Under the pieces are notes generated by a model. That model saw only the letters and a list, made by a program, of their open reading frames with translations. It had not been told where the DNA came from and did not search any database. A DNA stretch of 31,816 bases from Limisphaerales bacterium (lineage in GTDB: Bacteria; Verrucomicrobiota; Verrucomicrobiia; Limisphaerales; JAYTXL01). This document shows, one piece after another, positions 9,498-16,742 of the stretch; position 1 is the stretch's first letter, and each line of letters starts with the position of its first letter. The stretch lies in assembly GCA_046593035.1 (NCBI GenBank), contig JBKJSC010000287.1, forward strand, positions 1 through 31,816, read 5' to 3'. Position numbers and translations under genes: made by a program.

Positions 9498-9625
9498 CGG
9501 ACAGGCGTCGCGCCTGTCTCCCTGCTCCAAGAATAGCTTCAATATCGCGTGCGGGTGCCGGCCACCGCCGCGCGTACACCAAAACCCGAGGCTTTAGAGT
9601 CAGAGACAGGCGCGACGCCTATCCT
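9498..9625. repeat. MITE-like unit. Two about 24-bp GC-rich hairpins (cggacaggcgtcgcgcctgtctcc at 9498-9521 and its reverse complement with one mismatch at about 9603-9625), inverted relative to each other and about 82 bp apart
   Basis: Read directly. Each copy is itself a stem-loop (gacaggcg / cgcctgtc). Lies between the 3' end of the zinc-ribbon gene and the promoter region of the dehydrogenase/cytochrome gene. Confidence 0.5.
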
Positions 9626-9677
9626 TATGGCAATCACTGATCAGGTGTGGCCTTCGCCTCGTCCGTAGGCGGTCCGG

Positions 9678-9908
9678 TCACATCCGTTGCCACTGGCTCG
9701 CCTCCGAGATTTTCTTTAACGCTTCAGGCTCCGCATAGAAACGCGTGAGGCCACAGGCTTGGCAGACCACGAGGCGAAATTTGGCGTAATGCAGAAATCC
9801 GCCCAAGCCGGGCAATAAGGCCGGGCCGTGCTGACCGCCCGACGCGACGATGGTGGTGAAGAGCGTCTGGCCATCACATTCGGGACATTTGCGGGAGATA
9901 GTTTTCAT
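9678..9908 (-). CDS. Small zinc-ribbon protein (CPEC...CQAC), 76 aa, immediately downstream of and co-oriented with the flotillin gene
   Basis: Two CxxC pairs. 55-bp gap after the flotillin stop. Confidence 0.5.
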   Translation of the reverse strand: MKTISRKCPECDGQTLFTTIVASGGQHGPALLPGLGGFLHYAKFRLVVCQACGLTRFYAEPEALKKISEASQWQRM

Positions 9909-9963
9909 GAATTAAGTTTCCTCGTTGCGGGGAGCGGCCGCAAGCACGGCCGCTCCCCTTTTT

Positions 9964-11745
9964 TCACGCGGCTTTTGCCGTCTTTTCCCTCATCATTACG
10001 CCCAGCAGGCCTTCGACCAGGCCGCCGTTCGAGCCGGTGCCGTTGACCGCCACGTCGGGCACAATGCGGACGTTACGTTCGCCAATGATCTGCATGAGTT
10101 GCATCATCGTGTAGCTCTGCGCGCCGAGGGATTCCACGCCGACGCGGTAGGCTTCGGCCTTGGCGTTGCCGGTGGCGCGGATCGCCTCCGCTTCGCCCAG
10201 CGAGCGCAAGCGGATGGATTCCGCCTCGCCCGTGGCCTGTTTGATATGCGCGTCGGCCTGCAACTCGGCGATGTTCACGCCTTGCTCGGCGCCGACCACC
10301 TGCTGCTGGATGTCCGCGAGCGACGTTTGCCGCACGAGTTGCTGGCGCTGCACCTGCGCGGCTTCCTGCACCTCGTAAGTCTTGCGCTGCTCTTCGGCAA
10401 TCTTCCGGTCGGTCTGCGTTTCCATCAGTTTGGCTGGTGGATTAATGTCACCGATCAGCGTATCGATTGCCTGCACGTCATAAGCGCCCAGCGCCACACG
10501 GATGTGTTCCGCCGCCTCGGTCTGCCGCTGGCTACGCGCGCCCAGGAAGTCGAGCACCGTGTAATCCTGCGCCGAGTTGCGGAAATAATTCCCCACAATC
10601 GGCTGCAAGACGTGGTCCACCAGGTTCTGCATCGAACCCACCCGTGAAATCACTTTCGGCGCGTCGAGCGCACCGACGTGAATGATCTGCGACACGTCGA
10701 GGTTGAACGCGAAGCCGTCGCGCGAACGCACGGTGATCGACTGGAGCTTCGCATCGAAGTTATGCGACTCGGTACGCGTCGCCCAGTTAAGGACGATGTT
10801 GGTCGTCGGCACGCGCTCCACTTTCATGATGTGGGTGTTGAGCGGGTGCTTGCCCGGATACAGCGGCGTAACCCACACGCCCTTGTGGCCGGTGTTCACC
10901 AGGTCGCCGTGCTTGAAGTCCAGACCGCTCACGTCTTCGTGCGCCCGCCCGACATAGGAAATGACCACGCCGACGTGGCCAATGGGGATTTCCACCATGG
11001 GCACCTGCTCCACTTGCGCAAACCACGGATTCAGGTTCCACGAACCGCTCAACAGAACCTGCTCCTGCAGGCCGCGCCGGCCGCCGCCGTTCAGAAACGC
11101 TTGGGCGTTCTGGAAGTTTTCGTGGCCGGGAATGACCTGCCCGGCGATTTCACCCGGCTCGATGGGTTGGCCGTCGAGCGTCGTGACAATGCCGACCATG
11201 TCCGGCTCCACCCGGTGCAACTGGAGTTGCGCCGACGACATGCCATGCAACTCGGCGTCGGACGAGGCGATGACCGTGAATAACGCCTTGTTGATGCGAT
11301 ACGTGCCGGCTGTGAGAATGCCGAGCTGCCGGCCCTTCTCGCCACCGTTGACCAGAAACTTCCGCGCGTCCTGAAACATGTCGCAGTCCACGACCTGGCC
11401 AAGGATCCGTCCCGTCGGTATCGCCGCGCCATCCGCAGCGATGACCAGCGCGATTTCGCCCTGGGGCACGACCGTGACCGGCATTTTGAGGACGCGATAC
11501 TGCCAGAACCAATAACCGAAGTGCACGCCCGGAGCGAGCGCATCGGCCTGGTATCCCGCTTCACCCGCGAGGGCGAGCAACTGACCGGGAGACAGCGAAC
11601 GGGCCGCAAACTTTTTTACCACAATGCCGACCTGCGTTTCGCGGATCAGCACTAACCCGAGCAGCCAGTAAAGGATTACCAAAGCCGCCGCCACCGCGAC
11701 CCAGAACGTGACCGTAATTTCCGCCAACATAACGAACGTTTTCAT
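9964..11745 (-). CDS. Flotillin-like SPFH/band-7 protein (YqiK/FloT-like). N-terminal TM, SPFH domain, then a long Ala/Glu/Gln-rich coiled-coil tail. Likely start MKTFVMLAEI... with SD GGAGAT; the track ORF extends to 11811
   Basis: SPFH core and repeated EA/AEA coiled-coil heptads. An RBS (ggagat) lies about 7 nt upstream of the ATG at 11745. Confidence 0.8.
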   Translation of the reverse strand: MKTFVMLAEITVTFWVAVAAALVILYWLLGLVLIRETQVGIVVKKFAARSLSPGQLLALAGEAGYQADALAPGVHFGYWFWQYRVLKMPVTVVPQGEIALVIAADGAAIPTGRILGQVVDCDMFQDARKFLVNGGEKGRQLGILTAGTYRINKALFTVIASSDAELHGMSSAQLQLHRVEPDMVGIVTTLDGQPIEPGEIAGQVIPGHENFQNAQAFLNGGGRRGLQEQVLLSGSWNLNPWFAQVEQVPMVEIPIGHVGVVISYVGRAHEDVSGLDFKHGDLVNTGHKGVWVTPLYPGKHPLNTHIMKVERVPTTNIVLNWATRTESHNFDAKLQSITVRSRDGFAFNLDVSQIIHVGALDAPKVISRVGSMQNLVDHVLQPIVGNYFRNSAQDYTVLDFLGARSQRQTEAAEHIRVALGAYDVQAIDTLIGDINPPAKLMETQTDRKIAEEQRKTYEVQEAAQVQRQQLVRQTSLADIQQQVVGAEQGVNIAELQADAHIKQATGEAESIRLRSLGEAEAIRATGNAKAEAYRVGVESLGAQSYTMMQLMQIIGERNVRIVPDVAVNGTGSNGGLVEGLLGVMMREKTAKAA

Positions 11746-12225
11746 AACTAATCTCCGATGAGGTTGGGCACGCTGGCGACGGTCAATGACCGCACCACCG
11801 GCACAACGCATTGTTTTTATCGGGGAGATCAGATGGCACCGCGACCTGCGGCCCTAGAGGATCGCCCTTCCAAATGCCGACGAGGTTAGCTGACGGGCTT
11901 GGCCTTGAAAGTGGCCTTGAAACTGGTTGCCCAGCTTCGTGCGCCCCGTCCCCGGATTTGACTCCGGGGATTTTGGGTCCCCCGCACCGGCCTGCAGGAA
12001 GGCAAACCGGTTTAGGCTGCAACTACTGGTTATCCTAATCGCACAGGGGAATAATTTGTCAAATGCACCCGCGTAAAGGTCAGTAGTACAAGTGGTACAG
12101 TTTGATCCTTGGCCGGAGCGCCGAGCATTGCTCGGCTTTGATCTCCCGGTTTCCCCACCCAACCGACCCACCGTCAATTTTTCCTTGCGCTTGACCCATC
12201 CGGCGTGAACTGCCACAGATTATCC

Positions 12226-13476
12226 ATGACCAAATTATCCTTTGCCCTGGCTGCTTGCCTCGCGAGCGCACTTACCGTTTCCGCCGCCGATTACACCCTG
12301 CACTCGTTCAAGAAGACCACCATCACCAAGGAATTTCTCTGTGAAGGCGCGAACTTCGGCGACTTTAACCAAGATGGCAAAATGGATATCGAAGCGGGGC
12401 CTTACTGGTTTGAAGGGCCGGACTTTACCCAGCGTCATGAGTTCGCGCCGCCCGCCGCCAAACCGTACGACCCGAACGGCTACTCGGATTATTTTCTGAG
12501 CTACGTTTATGATTTCAATGGCGACGGTTGGGCGGACATCCTCGTTTATAGCTGGCCCGGCAAGGAAACGGCCTGGTATGAAAATCCCAAGAACAAGGCG
12601 GGCCACTGGCTGCGCCACGTCATCTTCGCCGTGACCGACAACGAATCGCCGCAGCTCGGCGACATGAACGGCGATGGCAAACCGGAGTTGATCTGTCACA
12701 CAGACGGATACCTTGGATTTGCGGAGGCCGATTGGAGCGATCCCACCAAGCCGTGGAAATTCCGCCGCATTTCCCCGAAGGGCGAATGGCAGCGCTACAC
12801 CCACGGGTACGGCTTTGGCGACATCAACGGCGACGGTCGGATGGACATTCTGGAAAAGGATGGTTGGTGGGAACAACCGGCCTCGCTCACTGGCGACCCG
12901 GTTTGGGTGAAGCACCCGTTCAACTTCGGCACGGGCGGCGCGCAAATGTACGTCTATGATGTCAACGGTGACGGTTTGCCCGACGTGATCACCAGTCTCG
13001 CGGCGCATGGGTTTGGCCTGGCCTGGTATGAGCAAACGCGCACTGGCGGTGAAATTTCGTTCAAGGAACACATCTTCATGAACAGCAAACCGGAGGAGAA
13101 CAAATATGGCGTGAAGTTTTCCCAGCTCCATTCCATCGACCTCGTGGACATGAACGGCGACGGCCTCAAAGATATCGTGACGGGCAAGCGTTACTGGGCG
13201 CACGGCCCCACGGGTGACGCTGAACCCAGCGCGCCGGCGGTGCTCTACTGGTTCCAGCTTGTGCGCAACAAAGACAAGAGCGTCGATTTCATTCCGCACC
13301 TGATTGACGACGATTCCGGTGTCGGCACGCAAGTCACCACGGGCAAAGTCAGCGGTGGCAAGCTTCCCGATGTGGTGGTCGGCAACAAGAAAGGCCTGTT
13401 CTTCTTCCAGCACGAGACGAAGAATGTCGGCAAAGCGGAATGGGAAAAGGCGCAGCCTAAACCGGTGCAGCAATGA
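12226..13476 (+). CDS. Secreted FG-GAP/VCBS-repeat beta-propeller protein. Stand-alone paralog of the N-terminal about 430 aa of gene 16743..20768
   Basis: Signal peptide (MTKLSFALAACLASALTVSAA). Repeated FNGDG / DINGDG / DVNGDG / DMNGDG Ca-binding-like FG-GAP motifs. Start moved to the Met after the track start. Confidence 0.75.
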   Translation: MTKLSFALAACLASALTVSAADYTLHSFKKTTITKEFLCEGANFGDFNQDGKMDIEAGPYWFEGPDFTQRHEFAPPAAKPYDPNGYSDYFLSYVYDFNGDGWADILVYSWPGKETAWYENPKNKAGHWLRHVIFAVTDNESPQLGDMNGDGKPELICHTDGYLGFAEADWSDPTKPWKFRRISPKGEWQRYTHGYGFGDINGDGRMDILEKDGWWEQPASLTGDPVWVKHPFNFGTGGAQMYVYDVNGDGLPDVITSLAAHGFGLAWYEQTRTGGEISFKEHIFMNSKPEENKYGVKFSQLHSIDLVDMNGDGLKDIVTGKRYWAHGPTGDAEPSAPAVLYWFQLVRNKDKSVDFIPHLIDDDSGVGTQVTTGKVSGGKLPDVVVGNKKGLFFFQHETKNVGKAEWEKAQPKPVQQ

Positions 13477-13892
13477 AAACTGCGACCCCTTGGTATTTCC
13501 AACTAATAAGGTTTGCGGTGATGATCACGACGTCGGTGCTCATCTATCGATACTTTGAAAAAAGAAATCAAAGGCTGTTAGTCGGTGGCATTTACACGAT
13601 TGATAATCACGATGGTAGTTTTGGCATTGTTAAACTGCTGGCACATGAAGCTGGCATTTGTCACGTGAGGGTATTTCGCGATAAGTTCAAATCGCGCCCC
13701 CTCGTTCTTAACCTTTCCAAGTTATCCATTGGTAGGATTGACGATCCAGAAGGGTGTGGCATCGGTCATGTGCCTGTTCGCGAGGAAGTCTTCAAAGGCT
13801 GGAAACCAACATTATTTGCCCGAAAAGAAGTCACTGTAGAGGAATTGGAAGGCTACAACTATTGGAAGAAATCCGGTGGCGGAACTTTCTAA
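13473..13892 (+). CDS. Hypothetical 139-aa protein with an N-terminal hydrophobic helix, encoded in a low-GC (about 45%) island. Start overlaps the upstream stop (ATGA). An alternative start is at Met17
   Basis: The ORF spans the whole compositional island. Codon usage is A/T-ending, unlike flanking genes. No recognised family. Confidence 0.45.
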   Translation: MKTATPWYFQLIRFAVMITTSVLIYRYFEKRNQRLLVGGIYTIDNHDGSFGIVKLLAHEAGICHVRVFRDKFKSRPLVLNLSKLSIGRIDDPEGCGIGHVPVREEVFKGWKPTLFARKEVTVEELEGYNYWKKSGGGTF

Positions 13893-14116
13893 TTGAAAGC
13901 CCTCACGACCTGCCCGATTCGCTCGCGGCTTCCGGGTGATCTGCTACGTTCCCATCCGTGAAAGCCTCCAAGATTCGGCTGCTCTCGCTGTTGCTAAATG
14001 GAGTGGCCATGAAGCAACAAACTCACATGACTACCAGCATGCATTGATTAGCCATCGGCCTGCCACCATCTGGCTACAGGCCTGCTGGCTTGGGCGCGAT
14101 TTAGGAATCGTGCGGA

Positions 14117-15865
14117 TCATTTCACCGTCGTTAACTCAAACTTCGGATCCAGCTCCAGCTTCATATCCTTGTAACGCACTTCGAAGACGCCGCCGGAGTG
14201 CAGTTGAAAGCCGATCACGCCGTGCTTGGCGACCTGCGGATCATCCAGATCCACGCAAAGTTTACCATTGATGGCCGTTCGGATTTTGCTACCGACCGCC
14301 ACCACTTCGTAGGTGTTCCAGTCGTCCAACTTCACGTGCGCCTCGCCGGAATCTTTCCAGAGCAATCCACGCCCGCGCTCCTCGTAAAGCTTGCCCCACC
14401 AGCCGACGCCCACGTCCGCCTGGCAACCCTTCATCTCGCCGTCGGGCAGCGCTTCGCTGCGAAACTGGATGCCGCTGTTGCCCGCGTTGGGCACCAGTTT
14501 GACCTTCACGACTAGCCGGAAATCGCCGAGCGACAACTGGCTTTTCAAAAACTCGTTTTGCTTCAGCCCAGGACTTTTGCCGACGATTTCTCCCTTCTCC
14601 ACTTTCCACAAATCGGGGTCGCCGTCCCAAAAACTCAGGTCTTTGCCGTTGAAAAAATTGCCGACGTTGTCCGCCATCGCCTGCAACGGCACCTGACGCT
14701 GACTCCTCAGGTACGCTACGAGGTCGCGCACCTCTTCGTTGGTGAAGGACTGGATCAAGCCTTCGGGCATCATGGAAAGTTCGCTTAGCTGAAGTGATTT
14801 AATTTCGTTGCGCGGCAGCGTGAGAACCTCGTTGGGAGTTACGATGGTCACGGTCTTCTCGTCCTGCCGCGTGACGATGCCCGTGATGCTGCGGTCATCT
14901 TTGGTTTCCAGATTCGAAGTGCGGTAGTCGTTTGGAATCTCCGCGTTCGGATCGAGCACATTGTGCAGCACGTAATCCAAGTCGGCACGATTGGAACCGG
15001 TCAGGTCGGGCCCCACCTTGCCGCCGAGATCGAACAATAGATGGCATTGCTGACAGGTGCGGGCGAACACCGCGCGCCCGCGCATCGGGTCGTCGGGGCG
15101 GTCCGACTTGGCCAGCACGATGGCCTTGTATTTCGCCATCTCCTTCAGTTTGTCCTCGGGGCTTTCGCGCGTCACGCCCCACAGTTTTTCCACCTGCTGG
15201 TTGATTTCTTCATTCTTCAGGTTGCGCAATGAACGCACGATGTCCGCCGAAAGTTCCTTCGACGAAATCGTCCCCTGCCCGATTGATGCCAGCAACGGTT
15301 TGGCAAACGCGACGCGCGCTGCCAGCGTGGTGAGCGCGTCTTTCTTCTCCGCCGCCGCGAGTGATTTGTAGACCGCTAGAATGGCGCCGGGTGTTTTGGC
15401 ATCGTCATAGGCCGCGAGACCGCGCAGGGCCGCGCCACGCAAGACCGGGTCTTTGAGCAATGTTTGGAGCGGCGCAACCAACTCCGCGTCTTTCGCGCCG
15501 AGCAGTGAATCCAATGCGCTCTTGCGTGCGGCGACATCGGCCTTCGCATCCATCAACTGCTGACGCAACGCCGCGAAGGCCGCGCGGCTCCCGAACGTGA
15601 CCGAGAGGGTTTGGGTCAATTCACGGACCGTGGCGTTGGGACTCTTGGCAAGCTTGGCGGCAGCATCCTCCCAGCCGGCGGGCATCTTCACCCCGCGCCG
15701 ACCCTTCAAGCCCTCGCTCATGCCTTTGAGGATGTCGAGTTGGAATTGTGGATCGTCGGTTTGCGCGATCACCTGCACCAACGGCGCAAGCGTGTCGGCA
15801 TCCTGGGCGCGCAACGGAGAAGGCAGGAGCGCGGCAAGGAACAGGCACAGAGCAAATCGTTTCAT
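14117..15865 (-). CDS. Secreted fusion protein. N-terminal HEAT/ARM repeats, a c-type cytochrome domain (CQQCH) and a C-terminal DUF1080 (3-keto-disaccharide-hydrolase-like) domain
   Basis: Signal peptide. CxxCH motif. The C-terminal blocks (FNGKDLSFWDG... WKVEKGEIVG... GIQFRS... DWNTYEVVAVGSKIRTAINGK... IGFQLHSG) parallel gene 2217..2855. Confidence 0.8.
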   Translation of the reverse strand: MKRFALCLFLAALLPSPLRAQDADTLAPLVQVIAQTDDPQFQLDILKGMSEGLKGRRGVKMPAGWEDAAAKLAKSPNATVRELTQTLSVTFGSRAAFAALRQQLMDAKADVAARKSALDSLLGAKDAELVAPLQTLLKDPVLRGAALRGLAAYDDAKTPGAILAVYKSLAAAEKKDALTTLAARVAFAKPLLASIGQGTISSKELSADIVRSLRNLKNEEINQQVEKLWGVTRESPEDKLKEMAKYKAIVLAKSDRPDDPMRGRAVFARTCQQCHLLFDLGGKVGPDLTGSNRADLDYVLHNVLDPNAEIPNDYRTSNLETKDDRSITGIVTRQDEKTVTIVTPNEVLTLPRNEIKSLQLSELSMMPEGLIQSFTNEEVRDLVAYLRSQRQVPLQAMADNVGNFFNGKDLSFWDGDPDLWKVEKGEIVGKSPGLKQNEFLKSQLSLGDFRLVVKVKLVPNAGNSGIQFRSEALPDGEMKGCQADVGVGWWGKLYEERGRGLLWKDSGEAHVKLDDWNTYEVVAVGSKIRTAINGKLCVDLDDPQVAKHGVIGFQLHSGGVFEVRYKDMKLELDPKFELTTVK

Positions 15866-15942
15866 AACGAATCAGAGCTTAAAATCGGTTGGCGCAGTTT
15901 GGAAGAAAAACCAGCTGGTGGTTGCGCGTGCGCGTCAACTAC

Positions 15943-15978
15943 GCGCTCCAACGGAGCGCTCGAAGGTAGCCACGGGTG
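15943..15978. repeat. REP-like GC-rich palindromic element (gcgctccaacggagcgc + tcgaaggtagccacgggtg), inverted copy of 16652-16687
   Basis: Its reverse complement matches 16652-16687 at about 32/36 positions. Contains a 7-bp-stem hairpin GCGCTCC/GGAGCGC. Confidence 0.75.
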
Positions 15979-15996
15979 AACCTCGTGAACCCGTGG
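15970..15996. repeat. GC-rich hairpin ccacggg-(13 nt)-cccgtgg, overlapping the downstream REP-like unit
   Basis: Palindrome read directly. Confidence 0.5.
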
Positions 15997-16017
15997 AACG
16001 CACGGCGTAAAACGCCA

Positions 16018-16038
16018 CCGTGCCCCGGCAGGGCGCAC
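16018..16038. repeat. REP-like unit cgtgccccggcagggcgcacg, direct-orientation relative of 16534-16554 (cgcgccccaactggggcgcacg)
   Basis: Shared motif CG[C/T]GCCCC-4nt-GGG(G)CGCACG on both sides of the transposase gene. Confidence 0.5.
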
Positions 16039-16043
16039 GTTGT

Positions 16044-16496
16044 TCAATCAAAGACATATCTCTCCTCGTACTGTATTTCATGGGCGCGCAGAAATTCAAT
16101 GTACTCTTCTTGGAAAGTCTTCTTCCGATGATGCTCCGCTTGGGTCTGGATGTAATGGCGCACCTTGGCCACCTGCGACTGGCTCACGGTGAAAACGCCG
16201 TACCCTTCCTGCCAATGGAATGTTTGCGCGTCGGGAAATGTCGCATGAACCCACGCAGAGGAACGACTCTTGATATTCCGTACTAGGTTCGCAATTGTTT
16301 CGTCCGTGCGCCAGCCGACCAGTAGATGGAGATGGTCGGGCATCCCGCCAATTTCAAGCAGGACACCTTTTTCATCGCGGACAATCCCGCCGATGAATGG
16401 GTAAAGGCGTGATTGGATGTCCGGCGTGATGGTGGGCTCGCGGTGCTTGGTGCTGAATACAAGATGGAGACGGAGGTTGTGGTGGGTGCCGGGCAT
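16044..16496 (-). CDS. IS200-like HUH (Y1) tyrosine transposase, probably a REP-associated tyrosine transposase (RAYT), 150 aa
   Basis: LHLVFSTKHREP N-terminal block, HUH motif (PDHLHLLV), catalytic Tyr region (VRHYIQTQAEHH). Flanked by inverted REP-like palindromes. Confidence 0.85.
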   Translation of the reverse strand: MPGTHHNLRLHLVFSTKHREPTITPDIQSRLYPFIGGIVRDEKGVLLEIGGMPDHLHLLVGWRTDETIANLVRNIKSRSSAWVHATFPDAQTFHWQEGYGVFTVSQSQVAKVRHYIQTQAEHHRKKTFQEEYIEFLRAHEIQYEERYVFD

Positions 16497-16533
16497 AAAT
16501 TGTCATGGCTCGCGATTTATACGTCCATTCGTC

Positions 16534-16551
16534 GCGCCCCAACTGGGGCGC
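16534..16551. repeat. REP-like hairpin gcgcccc-aact-ggggcgc upstream of the RAYT gene
   Basis: Perfect 7-bp stem read directly. Confidence 0.5.
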
Positions 16552-16595
16552 ACGATTCGCCATCATCCATCGTCCTCGGTCGCCAACGTGTTCGT

Positions 16596-16612
16596 CCGCC
16601 CCGCCGGGGCGG
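16596..16612. repeat. REP-like hairpin ccgcccc-gcc-ggggcgg upstream of the RAYT gene
   Basis: Perfect 7-bp stem read directly. Confidence 0.5.
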
Positions 16613-16651
16613 ATTGGAATGATCGCCGCGTTTCCCCGGGTTCCCTGCGGT

Positions 16652-16687
16652 CACCCGTGGCTACCATCGGGCGCTCCTTTGGAGCGC
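16652..16687. repeat. REP-like GC-rich palindromic element (cacccgtggctaccatcgg + gcgctcctttggagcgc), inverted partner of 15943-15978
   Basis: See partner. Spurious track ORFs 16505..16699(+) and 15862..16047(-) both translate ...HPWLPS[G/S]APLER..., which reflects the repeat. Confidence 0.75.
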
Positions 16688-16742
16688 GGGATGCGTTGAT
16701 GGCTTGCGACTCCGGTTCAATCAACGACAGGATCGTTGCAGG

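Larger units (their letters stand above)
15943..16687 (-). mobile_element. REPtron-like unit: a RAYT gene bracketed by about 36-bp inverted REP-like repeats plus extra GC-rich palindromes. Lies in the intergenic region between gene 16743..20768 and the start of gene 14117..15865
   Basis: Inverted repeats 15943-15978 / 16652-16687. Further palindromes at 16534-16551, 16596-16612, 15970-15996 and 16018-16038. Confidence 0.6.

Noticed and set aside
9277-9582. 101-aa ORF on the minus strand upstream of the dehydrogenase gene
   Set aside because: Overlaps the signal-peptide-coding start of gene 5853..9383 and the MITE-like hairpins. Composition typical of a spurious frame
11880-11990. tRNA- or tmRNA-like T-arm (ccgga-gtcaaa-tccgg) on the minus strand
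   Set aside because: Loop is 6 or 8 nt, not the canonical 7-nt T-loop. No matching acceptor, D or anticodon arms and no CCA context could be assembled
13936-14271. 111-aa ORF on the plus strand
   Set aside because: Overlaps the 3' end of the cytochrome/DUF1080 gene on the other strand. Arg-rich tail and no family features
16505-16699. Short ORFs 16505..16699(+) and 15862..16047(-) sharing the peptide HPWLPS[G/S]APLER
   Set aside because: The shared peptide is the translation of the inverted REP-like repeat flanking the RAYT gene, not evidence of coding
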